The translations under genes were made by a program, and so were the position numbers. Shown piece by piece: positions 1 to 12,103 of a stretch of 56,944 bases of DNA. The notes beneath the pieces are model-generated. The model ran no database searches, had not been told where the DNA came from, and saw only the letters and a list, made by a program, of their open reading frames with translations. The stretch is from assembly GCA_018398765.1 (NCBI GenBank), contig JAHBMJ010000103.1, positions 1 to 56,944 of the forward strand. Reading direction: 5' to 3'. This DNA comes from Chromera velia (lineage: Eukaryota). Numbering within the stretch: the stretch's first letter is position 1; every line of letters begins with the position of its first letter.

Positions 1-69
1 TATATATACAGATACACACAGACACACACACTCATATTGAGTGTCATACACGTCTTACTGCTTGGTTAC

Positions 70-1069
70 CTTTGGCGTCGCAGAAGCCGTCAGCGCCACT
101 ACAGGCACGTCTTCGAGCTGCTCTTTCATCCATTTCAACTCTGCAAAATGAAAAGAGGCAGCAATAATCGGTCAGCTCTGATGCCATGCAATGTTAAAAT
201 ACACGTCAGAGTGCTAATACACCTTGCAGCGAGAACCCTGTGAGCGAGAGCGTTAGCGAGGACTCCATCTACTCTCACAATTGCTTATTTCCATTGCATC
301 TTACACAAGTACCGTGAGTCTTAGAAGGAGAAGACTTCATAAAATGTTTTGACTGACCCAAATATTTCGGGCGGAAGTCAGGCCCCCATGTGGAGATGCA
401 GTGCGCTTCATCGATGGCGATGAGGGTGAGCATCTTTCTCTTGGACAGTCCTTTCAGAATGTCCTTTACAGCCTTCCGCTGCACGCCCTCCGGCGTTAAG
501 TAAACCACTCTGAGAGACGGAGAGTCCTTTCTCAGCTCCCCTTCAACTCGCGCCCTCTGCAAACAACGGGCAAAAACATAATTGCATATTCATAAGCGCA
601 TGTGAGTGCAGGCACACTGACAGCGGGACGCCAATCTGAGTGGCGTCGGGATGGAACTGTGTGAGCTGACCTCTTCTGATGAAGTTTTGGATGAGAGCAC
701 TGCGGCCGCAATGTCTTTCTCTTTGAGTTTCTCCAACTGGTCTATCATCAGGCTGATCAGGGGGCTCACCACAACGACCACTTTCTTCAAGAGCACAGCA
801 GGCAATTGAAATATCAACGACTTCCCCCCGCCTGTCGGAAGTCGGACGACAACATCCTTTCTCGAGAGGATTGCGTTTATAGGACCTCTCTGCACATCTC
901 TGAGCCGATCAAAGCCAAAAGTCCGTTCCGTTGCCTCTTGGATCTCTTGTTCCCATCCAGTTATTTTTTGAACCCACTCACGAGTTCCTTCTTGATTGAG
1001 GACGGACGATTCAGAGAATGCGTTCTCTGCCGAAAAGTGATGGCTCGTTACCTGGAAATGCGAATCCAT
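70..1069 (-). CDS. RecQ-family DNA helicase, 5' part (continues beyond window start); exons 1069-671, 556-358, 140-70
   Basis: Spliced translation gives FGFDRLRDVQ, motif I LPTGGGKS, VVSPLISLMIDQ, YLTPE, motif II IDEAHCISTWGPDFRPKY and motif III ALTASAT. GT-AG junctions are phase-consistent. Confidence 0.93.
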
Positions 1070-1174
1070 GTCGCTGCCACTCACTGTCGAGCACGTCTCC
1101 TCTGTGGCTGTCTGAAGGTAACTGATGGTGCAGCAGCCGAGAAGACCGTTGGTGCATGAAAGAGCGGTTGGTGT

Positions 1175-1466
1175 AGAGAGCCGGGAACCTATGAAATGTA
1201 GAGAGCCGGGTAGGAGAGAGAAGAGAGCCGGTTTTTCCAGAAGAGAGACCCGGCTCTCTCCATGCATGCAAATGAATTTTATTAATTAATTGCATGCAAG
1301 AAGCTTTTTTTTTGCATGCATATGAAAACCCGGCTCTCTGCATATGCCTCGAGAGAGCCGGGCTCTCGCAGAGTGCCGGGGGCTCCCGCGTGCAGAGAGC
1401 CGGGCCAGGCTCACTCTAGACTTTCCGGGGCCAAGAAAGTGGCTCTTTCTTAAATAGAGAGCCGGG
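1175..1466. promoter_or_regulatory. Cluster of about 9 AGAGAGCCGG(G) motifs in both orientations, with TGCATGCA motifs, between divergent genes
   Basis: Copies at about 1175, 1200, 1222, 1249(rc), 1329(rc), 1352, 1370, 1395 and 1456. Lies between the RecQ start (-) and the next gene (+). Regulatory role is inferred. Confidence 0.45.
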
Positions 1467-1919
1467 TGTACAAATGACGTATCAAATTCGTACCAGCCCA
1501 AAGGTGTACGCGTGCGCAACCGATACGCATGCATGCAGTATCATTGAAACCTTCAATTAATGTGTATCAGAATTCATGTCCACATTTTTCTCTTTTGCGT
1601 ATAAGCTGTGTACATATATATATATAAGAAGTCTTTCACTGGCTCTCTGCAAGCACAGCCACTCAGGTCGACCCATTCCTGATCCTAAGCTTTGAAGTTG
1701 TTCGCAGCATTTGACCATTTCAAGATTTTGGCGTCCTGCATGCAATCACTGACTGATTCACAAACAAACAGAAACAAAGAAAGCATGTGCACCCCAAAGC
1801 CATTTGCACTCTTTGCGCTTTTGCACTTCATCCAGGTACTTGCTAACAAACGTTTCCCGTCCAGCTTACCTCGTCACAGTGCGCATTCGACGATCTCAAA
1901 CAGCACCAACACGACAAGC

Positions 1920-2520
1920 ATGCAACCAGCGACCACTGCAGTCTCCCACCTGCCCGTGCAGACGCCCTCTCCTACTTTGCCTCCAACCACGTTCACGACA
2001 GACAGATACAGAGAGGTGGGACCAGGGGAAAGCCCTCCCATATCTCTTGTTGAGGGAGGAAGACCGCCTTCAAAGAACTCGAAGAGGGTCTCTCACAAGA
2101 AGACCGCAGAGCACGAAAAAGAAACAAAACTGGCAAGGGCTCTGCGAGGTTACCTCAGAACAAATTTCGGAGAGAAAGAGTGGAAAAGCTTTCGAGCATT
2201 CTTTGAACACGAAAGACAGAAACTGACAGGTACGGTTACACGTTCGGGGAGCTGCTCCACTCAGTTTCGCCTTACTTTTTTGTGTGGTCTTTCTTGCCAG
2301 TGAGAGTGAAATGCTACACATGGACATGCAAGCGAATTAGCATAGCTTCCTCCGTCTCTCTCTCCTGGTCCCGCTCTGTCTCTCCATCTACCTATGTCTG
2401 TCTATCTATCTATCTGTCTGTCTCTGCCTCTCCCTTTCTCTCTCTCTCTCTCTCCCCCTTTCCCTCTCCCTCTCGTGTGTGCTCATGTGGTTGTGTGTGT
2501 GTGTGTGTGTAAGTGTGTAA

Positions 2521-2557
<37 letters not shown>

Positions 2558-3272
2558 TAAGCGCTCAATTGCTTGAGTGCGTGAGTGTGTGACTGTGATT
2601 GTACGACCGTACGACTCAACGACTGTGCACGTGCGTGAGCGTGAGAGAGAGACAGAGAGTATAGGAGTGCGTGTGTGTGTGTGCGCGCGCGCGCGTATTG
2701 ATGTCCGTGTGTTGCGCCTGCACAAATACGTCTCTATCTGTTTGTAAGTCTGTCTGTCTGCCAGTCTGAGTACTCCCGATGCCGTCCTCCAAGCCATTGT
2801 TCTGAGATGAGATCTCCTGGCGGAATGGTCCATGCATTTACGGATCATGTGTGCAGACTACGAGGTCAAAAGATTGACTTTCATCATCTACGGTCTTCTG
2901 GCCTCGTTTTTGATCACAGTCAGCCTGGCCTTTGCGTACTTGATGAGATCTCCACAGCCGAATCCAGGCCCGGCTTTGAGGAGCAGACAAAGGGACCTGC
3001 AGGCCGAACGAGAACGCAGAATGATCCTGAGAAAACTGATGAGAGGAAAGGGAAAAGAGACGCAAGGAGGGACTGGGCTCTCGAGAGCAAGGGCGGAGGC
3101 TTATGCAGCTCTGTGGCAGAGAGCCGGACAGTTTGCAGCAGACTCCCCCCCCGACTTCCGGCCCTCCCAGGATTTCTTTCAAAATCCGCCAGGGCCCTTG
3201 GGGTCCTTCGAGGACGCCCCCTTTTGCCAATTAGGGCCCCGGCATGCCCCGAGCCGAGCTCTGTGGTATTGA
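1920..3272 (+). CDS. Hypothetical single-pass membrane protein; exons 1920-2229, 2857-3272
   Basis: Phase-consistent GT-AG intron (ACA G|AC TAC). Hydrophobic segment LTFIIYGLLASFLITVSLAFAYLM. The intron carries (TG)n/(GA)n tracts. Confidence 0.65.
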
Positions 3273-3829
3273 ATCTGCGACAAGAGCACGTCGAACTAAA
3301 GTCATTGGAGATGAACGTATAAGGAGGCCGGCGGGAGGCCCTTCAAGAAAGTTTGAGCACTGACGGCCGTATACCATAAAAAACGAAGGAGGAAACACAT
3401 GTGCAATATTGAGCACCAGTGTTTGAGTGGCAGTGGAGGTACATGACGAAGGAAAAAATAAAGAAATTTCACTGAAGAGCCTCTGCAGCTCCCGCTTTGA
3501 TGCCTGCAGTGAATGCAGCCTTTGAGCGATCCTCAGCGCCCAACAAGTTTGAAAAAACAGAAAGGCCTGAGGAGCTAGCTGAGGAGCCAAAGACGCAAAA
3601 AACTAAGGGGTGTTCCACAATATGAGGAACGAAATGAAAAAAAAACTCAAAGTTACACCAATTCAATACAACACAGGCCGTGACTGTCGCCGATCGATGC
3701 ATTGCATGTAAGTGGATATACTCTATACGCCCGTGTAGCCGCCTGCGGAGCCGTTTGCACGGGGATGCGCGCCTAGCTTGGGCCACTTCATGCTGCGAAT
3801 CATACATAAGGTGTAATACGAGTTAAGGA

Positions 3830-4810
3830 GCCGCTAGAGGAGCCGGCGTAAAATTCCTAGTAAAACTTCTGCGCAGAGTCGTGCAAACTGCACTTACTCT
3901 AGCATTTACTTTGGACGACCAGAGAGAAACTGCTCGACCATGCCGCGATGCCAACATGATGGAGAAGGGCAAAAAGGGTCTTTATAAAGACCAGAGTGGC
4001 AGGTGAGCTAGCAGGTGAGGGAAAAGGCTAGCGATAACTGATTAAGGCCTTTAGTAATTCAAAGCGTCCGTACGTTACTCTAGCCGTTATTTTGGCTGAA
4101 GAGTCTTCTTATACCTAGTCTTATACAAGTTAGTATCTAGGTTGGTATAACCGTTATCATCCGTTTTAGGACCTTACCACCTTATAAAAGTCAGAATAAT
4201 TACCGGAGGCTTTAGGATCTTAAGCTTAACTTAGTTGCCGTAAATTGGTACCCCGAGATTACTCCGGGCGGTAACCTAGCCGGTAACTAAACTAAAAGAG
4301 TTACTTTTAACACCTCACCATGGTTTATAAGCTACTATACGAATTTGCAATTTATTGTTATAAACAATTAATGCTTTAGTAGGTATATCCTAGACTATAT
4401 GTCGATCATCAGGTTTATCATACTTTAAATTAAATAGACTAGGGGTATCACAAAAAAAAAGAGTAAATATAACTCTCTTTGTCAGGTATTATTTTTTTTG
4501 TGTATATGTAAAACAACTGTTGTTTAGCTGTTACACGGGTGTTACACAAGTGTTGTAAGGTGTTGCAGGCAAAAAAAAAGAAGAAAAAAGGTAGATATAA
4601 CTCGTTTTTCTAGAGACTTCTTTTTTTTTTTGCTCTGACATGCCTAGTAAATAGATAAATCACTAAGTTTATTATTCAATTTAATTATTTATGTTAAAAC
4701 CACGCGGTCCACGCCTATAGCAACGGTCATTCACTAGGTCACAGAGCAAGACGATTTCTCAAAAAGTTTTTGAAATATGCTTGTTAACCTAGATTTGACC
4801 TATATCTCAC
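3830..4810. other. AT-rich, TpA-rich island without long ORFs (decayed repeat/TE-like)
   Basis: Abrupt composition change; no ORF in the track; dense TA/TAG/CTA with few CA/TG. Confidence 0.7.
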
Positions 4811-6682
4811 ATTTTTCAGGAGTCATATCTAGGGTCACATTTATTTCTCCTCGCTCTAAGACTTCCATCTCCGGACACTTCCCTGTCTTCTTTTTTCGAG
4901 TCTTTTCTTCATCAGGCTGTTTTCAAATCTAAATTCAAGAGCTATGGCTCGTTCTGCCCGCTGGACTTTCTTCGATCCTTCCTCCCTTCCTCTCTTCCTT
5001 TCCTTCTCTCACATGCACAAGTCAATGAGAAAATTATCTTCCTTTTCTTCTGCCCCGGACCTTCAAGGAAGAACCGGGCCTCTTCTCTTCTTCTCAGAAA
5101 ACTTCACAGACGGTCACACCGACCCGTGCACGCATTCACAAAGGAGACAAACATTCATTTCTATACAAGAAAGGAAAGGGAAGGGAGGTGAAAGGGCTTC
5201 TCCCTCTTTTTCCAAACGAGACGTCTGTCTGATCGATCGCATCTTTGATCTTGTCGTTGCAAGAGCGCTGTGATCGAAAGGAAACAAGGCCCGGTAGCAG
5301 GAGTGGTTAGAGATCAAATAGAGGTTGTGCAGAGGCGAGGTCAGAGAGAGAGAAAAAAACACTCCAAGCTCTTTCCATCACCACCTGAAGGACAACGTCC
5401 GTCCGACCTCTTCCATACCCCCCCTCCTTCCTTCCTTTCTTCTCTCTCTCTGCTGCCTTCCTTCCCTGTTTCTTCCTCTCACATACATACACACAAAGAA
5501 ACAGGAGCGAAACAAAAAGCAAAGCCCAAAGGAGCGCATACATCAGATTCTTGCGGGAAGGATGAATCAAAGTTGGCGTACTGACATCGAAATTGTGGAA
5601 ATCATTCGAGAAAAAGGGGCAGACGACTGCAGTGTGCCACCCATGGGGGAAGAAAGATGATCATACGAAGACAAGTGGCGAGGCAAAGTTAAGCGTACCG
5701 AGATGAGAAGGAAGCAGAACAAAGAAAGAAAGGTCGAGAAATCCATGCAAAAGCGCCTCAATGTGGACAGAGAAAGCTTTTCTTTCTTCAACGGGAGGAA
5801 TCCTTTCTACGCCAGTGACTCCTCCAAATGTGGAGGAAAAGCCGTGTCTGTCTAAATCAGTAGCCTCGATAATAGGCTCGATTCCCGAACAAATGCACGC
5901 AATGAGTCGAAATAGAAGAAAAAGAAAATACGCAAAGGCCGGAGCCCTACATCCCCCGGGCGGTGAGGCAAAGGCTTTCGACAAAAGAGAGACAAAAGAC
6001 GGACATCAAGAGCAACTCTTTGGTTGCTTTCTTTCTGTTAGCATGCAGCCTTTCCTTCCTCTCTCTCACATGCACGAAGGGACGAACACGTCATTCTATG
6101 CAAGGGAAGCGTCGGCAAGGGAGGGGAAGGGAAGGCGCTTCTCGCTCTTTTCTTTTTCAAAACGTCGGGTCTCCCTTGTACGCTTTCCCGTCTCTCTTCC
6201 TTCTCTCTTCCGCACACACGCGAGTGACACGATCGACCCGAGAAGAGAAGACGGGGCTGGGTTAGATGAGGAGGGAGGGAGATGGGAAACGAATCCTCTG
6301 TCCGTCGCATTCAATCTTTTCTTTGTGCAGTCTCTCTCCTCTCCTCTTCTCTTCTCTCCTCTCACTGAGACCACCCTCCATCCTTCCAGCCCTCCTTCAT
6401 GATCATGATTATTCTGCAACCACCACAAAAGATGGGTCGGCCATTCACTTCTCTCTCTGAGAGCAGAGCCGTCACACACTGTCAGGAGAAATGGAGAAGC
6501 GGATGCGTGTGGAAAAGTGAATGCACATATATGCAGGCCTAGCTGAGTGTGCGTTGAGGGAGGAAAGAAAAGGCATAGGAGGGGAAGTGGAAGGACAATG
6601 TCCGGCCAAGCTTGACCACTCAGGGGGTATGCATACACAAGGAGGTTAGCATAGGCAGGGTGGTGTCATTAAGGTCAGCAGG

Positions 6683-7730
6683 GTGTGGTGGGTCTTCAAG
6701 GGTCCTTTGCGCACGGCCACAGAGCTTGACGAGGTTCCAGCACCATGTAAGCAGGAGAGAGGAGGGAGAGGAAGGGAGAGGAAACAACATTAAGCACGGC
6801 CACTCATTCTTTTCTTCCGCATCTCTCTCTCGTTCGAGTGAGTGTGGAGACGGATGCATCACAGTCGGGCAAAGAGAGCTTTGAAGCATGCATGGGTGGA
6901 AGATCTCTCGATCTGCCTTCAACTTCTTTGATCGATACTTCAAAGCAGAAAAAACAGAAGACTAACCGCACCTGTTCCCCAGGCAGGTCTTTCCAACTTA
7001 AATCCCGACGTATACACGCAAGAGGGTGCACGTGCTCGTATCTATGAAAGCAGCAGGCGCAAAATTATTGAATAAGCGCAAGCCACGAGTCAATTGTCAT
7101 CGACTCATGCCAACTTTCATAGAGCAGATCGAATCAGGGGAGATGAAAAAGAGAACGATACATCACTGACCGCGAAGGTCCCGAACCGAGACGCCGAGAT
7201 TCTACCACCACACCCGCTCGCTCCACGGTAGCGGGCGGAGTGTGCGGTAGCGGGCGGGGTGTGGTGGGTCTTCGAGGGTCCTTTGCGCACGGCGGTAAAA
7301 CGTGACGAGATCCCACCACCATGCAAGCAGGAGAGAGGAGGGAGAGGAAGGGAGGGGAAACAACATTAAGCACGGCCACTCATTCTTTTCTTCCGCATCT
7401 CTCTCTCGTTTGAGTGAGTGTGGAGACGGATGCATCACAGTCGGGCAAAGAGAGCTTTGAATCTCTCGATCTGCCTTCAACTTCTTCGATCGATACTTCA
7501 AAGCAGAAAAAACAGAAGACTAACCGCACCTGTTCCCCAGGCAGGTCTTTCCAACTTAAATCCCGACGTACACACGCAAGAGGGTGCACGTGCTCGTATC
7601 TATGAAAGCAGCAGGCGCAAAATTATTGAATAAGCGCAAGCCACGAGTCAATTGTCATCGACTCATGCCAACTTTCATAGAGCAGATCAAATCGGGGGAG
7701 ATGAAAAAGAGAACGATACATCACTGACCG
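6683..7730. repeat. Direct tandem duplication of about 480 bp (6683-7172 and 7259-7730)
   Basis: Near-identical copies, e.g. tctatgaaagcagcaggcgc at 7041 and 7599. Copy 2 lacks about 17 nt (gcatgcatgggtggaag). Confidence 0.9.
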
Positions 7731-8386
7731 TGGATCCGCCGAAGTTCCCACCAGAAGACTCCACCACCATACCCTGCTGGTTTTCTGCAAGTATACCTGT
7801 ACAAATACCGGCCGGCCGCATGCAGCAAGATGAGAAGAAGATACAGAGGGAAAGAACTGCATGATCGAGAGAGCGTGACGACCGACTCTTCTTCCTTGTG
7901 TTGGTGGGTACGTGGAAGCTGTTCTTTCCCTCCCGTTTCTTCACCGTGGCCTTCGCTCGATTGATGTGCAGCTGATTGCAGCTGCTGGAGTTGAAGTACC
8001 TCGGTCCACAGGTTGCAGACCTGCAGTTAGTCAGTCAGTCAGTCAGTCAGTCAGTCAGATGGAATCAAATGCACACATGCATGCAGGGATAAATCTTCGT
8101 TCGATCAGCCAGGCGTATCATCATCGCCACAGAAAACGAGAGCCAAGTTCTTACGTCAACGTTCCTACTCGTCAAACAAATAGATGGACAAACATCCTTC
8201 TCTCTCATAGAGAGGCAGTGCAAGTGATCGAAGCGACTGCATGACTGTTGCATCAGTTTGCCCTCAAAGGACTTCCTTAAAGTTTGGATTTTGCTGGGAA
8301 TCACTGTCTGTGAAGCGGCTTTCAGGGACGCCACAAAGATACCATGAAGAGAGGCAGTCTTCTGTCAAAGTTGTGTTGTCTTTTCA

Positions 8387-8425
<39 letters not shown>

Positions 8426-8916
8426 TCTTGAAATGAAAAACACTGATGCAATATACCCACCTAGCCCCCTCCTGGCCCCCCTCCCCCCCACACACAAACC
8501 CACCCTTACCATCTTCAGGAGATTGAGGAGGCATGCGTACTTCACTTTGCCCAGCTCCAGACTTTGAATGCTGCATCGACCCATCCATCCATACATACAT
8601 ACGTACATACATCTAGACTGCTGGTAAAAGAGATCTTAAACAGGCAGACAGGTGAGATCATAAACCGCATCCTCTCTCTCCTTTCTACATACCCTCACAC
8701 ACGCAGGGCAAGAACAGCGTCTCTCATGAGAGAGGGTTTCTCTTTGATTGAAGGGAACGCGAATAGACGAATCTCTGAACAAAGAACACACAGACGATCG
8801 CATCAGGCTAGAGTGCATAAAAAAAGGACAGACAACCCCAGTCCTTCCTTCAATGCAAAAGAAGAGATGCTTCACGATTTACCTGCCCCCTTTCTTCTCT
8901 CAATTCCACCCCGACA

Positions 8917-9406
8917 GACTCACTCATTCACTCACTCACTCACTCACGCACTCATTCACTCACTCACTCACTCATGCACTCATTCACTCACTCACTCACT
9001 CACGCACTCATTCACTCACTCACTCACTCATTCACTCACTCATTCACTCACTCACTCAAGCACTCACGCACTCACTCACTCACTCACTCACTCACCCACG
9101 CACTCACTCACTCATTCACTCACTCACTCACTCACGCACTCACTCACTCACTCACGCACTCACTCACTCACTCATTCACTCACTCACTCACTCACGCACT
9201 CATTCACTCACTCACTCACTCACGCACTCATTCACTCACTCACTCACTCACTCACTCATTCACTCACTCACTCACGCACTCACTCACTCACTCACGCACT
9301 CACTCACTCACTCACGCACTCACTCACTCACTCACTCACTCACTCACGCACTCACTCACTCACTCACTCACTCACTCACTCGCCCACTGACTGACTGACT
9401 GACTGA
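8917..9406. repeat. (CACT)n tetranucleotide satellite with CATT/CACG variants, ending in (GACT)n
   Basis: Directly visible. Confidence 0.97.
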
Positions 9407-9407
9407 C

Positions 9408-9538
9408 CAAGCCTTCATTTCAGGCTGAGCTCGGCACTTCTGGGAGATCAGGGACTTCAGCTGGGCCCTGCCCGACTCTCCGATCTGGATCTTCGCGAGG
9501 TCCTCGTCCGTCATTCCCGAACCGGTCAGAGCATCACC
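9408..9538 (-). CDS. Isolated exon-like segment (GDALTGSGMTDEDLAKIQIGESGRAQLKSLISQKCRAQPEMKAW); gene membership unresolved
   Basis: Pyrimidine tract plus CAG acceptor, GTCAGT donor, open protein-like frame. May be the former 3' part of the 10044-13737 gene. Confidence 0.4.
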
Positions 9539-10043
9539 CTGAACAGAAAGCAGTGAGGGAGAAAGAGAGGAGACAAGAGGAGACAGTCAGCCAGGGGAGA
9601 GAAGCGGATTAGAGGAGGGGAAAAAGACGGAGGGATTCAGGCCTTGACATGCCTTGACTCCCAGACTTCAAGTTGCTGTCAGACGTTTGCCCATTCATTA
9701 TTTTCTCTACTCCTCATCTCTCCTTTCCTCAGATCCCTGCTTCGGTTCCAGCCCCTCTCACCCACACGCGCACTGAAATGAAAAGGACACACGCAGACGA
9801 GACAGAAAAAAAGAAACGGTCAGACAGAGCATGCATGATCGAAATTTGCTCAGAAGGAAACCTCCCAAGGCGAACGACTCGATCGATCACGCAGGCACAA
9901 AAAGAACGAAGAGCGCGGCATACGCACAAAGAGGAAGCAAACAAAGAGACAGACCGGCACGTCTCTCGGTACATGTCTGCTTGCCTGGAGTCCGGCCCCC
10001 GCTGGCCTTTTCAGGTCTTTGCATCCCGTCTGCCGTGGCCGGT

Positions 10044-11804
10044 TCACGGGCGCTTCTCTCCCCCGTACTTCCGCTTCCCTCTCTTCTCTCGTTTACTCGA
10101 TGACACGAAGGCTTGTGCCCTGGCATCAAAATAAACCCCTCGCATGGGGTTTGTCAATGTAGTCTCGGGCCTGCTTGCACGTTGGGGGGAGGTAGGGGCG
10201 AGGAGATCTAGATTGGGGACAGGGATCGCAGAGAGGTCTAGCAGGGGTACGGGAGTATCATCTTCCGGGTATCTGAACGTATCAACTGAAGGGTTGCGGG
10301 GTTGTTGCTGATGGTCTCTGGTAGCGGTGTGTTGGGGGGGGAAGCGCGGGGGGAGGTCGGAGGCTGTTGCTGCAGGGCCGAATGCATCGGATGAGAGAGA
10401 GCATTGGTGCACAGGGGGGGGGGACACAGGAGGAGGTCGGATGATTTGAGAAGGGGCATGGGCTGGGGGAAAAGGAATAGTGCGGGGATCTGCGAGAGGG
10501 ATTAGCCTTCCCGTCTCACTCTGCAGGGGCACCTGACCGCGTCGGTACAAAGCTGGAGCATTGGGGTGGCCCCCGAAAGCTTGCTCTTCTTCCGTCTGAT
10601 ACGGAGATAGGCCAGCGGATGGGCGTGTGCGGGTGTCACGATAGGCAGCGGGGGTCGTGATCACAGTTGCAAGCACAGGAACGTCTCTGCGATTCGAATC
10701 AGTCCAGCCCCCTGGCGCTGCAGCAGTCGTTGCTGGTGACGTAGAAGGGGGGTACATGTCAACTTGGTCTGTGTTTGCTGGCAATGGAAACAGCACAGGG
10801 ACGGAGGCCTCCAAGTGCGCGGGAGCATCGACATGCTGAGAGACGGGTTCCCTCTGGAGCTCCTCTCGAACCTGCATCGGGGGGTTCTCTCTGGGCTCTC
10901 CCTCGGGCCTCTGCACCACGAGCCTTGTCTTCCTGGTGTGCCGGGGCGCTCCCTCGGGCCTCGCCATGGCCAGTTCACGAGCCTTGTATTCCCCCCACTT
11001 GGCAATCATGGCGCGGTTAATCTTGAAATTCGCGATGGGCTGGACCCTGCAAGCAAGCAAACGAAAAGAGCAAGAGGCACAACACACTTTTCATCTGTGT
11101 AGCGTACATAATTTTACCCATTCATTCACATATTCGCATCCATGTGATCTGAATGATAAAACTTTCTTCGTGCGTGAAGATGGAAAGACGACGTCTCGTA
11201 GAGCACGCACAGAGAGGCATGCAGACAGGCAGAGAGACAGAGAGGCCGACACGGACACGAGGGTCCGGGGAGGGGAGAGGAGAGGAAAGAAAAAGAAGGG
11301 AGAACGATTGCGCAGAGCCAAGCCAAAAACTTTAAGACAAGACTTGTGTCGTGAGGGTTTGTCTTTCTTCTCTGTCCATTCCACTCGTCTGCTACTCACT
11401 CACATGCGCGGGCAGCCTGCCATGCGGACAACCCATGCACACTCTCACCCTGTTCAGTCCTCCCTCCTTCATACAATCAGCAGGGGAATGCAGGGGAATT
11501 TCCTTACTTCCCTGACTTGCCCCTCGTTTGTTTCCTCTCTTTCCATCGCGTAGATGGAACACGGGTAAGGCACCGTACAAAGGATCTCTTGCATCCATAC
11601 AAACCCACAGAGAGATGGAGAGAGACAGAGGGAGACGGAGAGAGACAGAGAGTGACAGAGAGAGACAGAGAGGGACAGAGAGAGACAGAGAGAGACGGAG
11701 AGAGACAGAGAGAGACGGAGAGAGATGGAGAGAGACAGTCTGAGAGAGAGGCAGAGAGAGGCAGAGAGAAACAAAGAGAGACAGAGAAAAACAGAGAGAG
11801 AGAG

Positions 11805-11847
<43 letters not shown>

Positions 11848-12063
11848 GAGAGACAGAGAGGGACAGAGAGGGACAGAGAGAGACAGAGAGAGACGGACAG
11901 AGACGGAGAGAGACGGAGAGAGACGGAGAGAGATGGAGAGAGACGGAGAGACACGGAGAGAGACGGAGAGAGATGGAGAGAAACGGAGAGAGACAGAGAG
12001 AGGCAGAGAGAGGCAGAGAGAAACAAAGAGAGACAGAGAAAAACAGAGAGACAGACAGAGAGG

Positions 12064-12103
<40 letters not shown>

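Noticed and set aside
223..268. AG/GT-bounded 46-nt candidate exon in a RecQ intron
   Set aside because: It would shift the frame; direct splicing 358->140 gives a proper RecQ sequence.
8564..9398. Long His/Ser/Leu/Thr-repeat ORFs
   Set aside because: Artefacts of the (CACT)n satellite.
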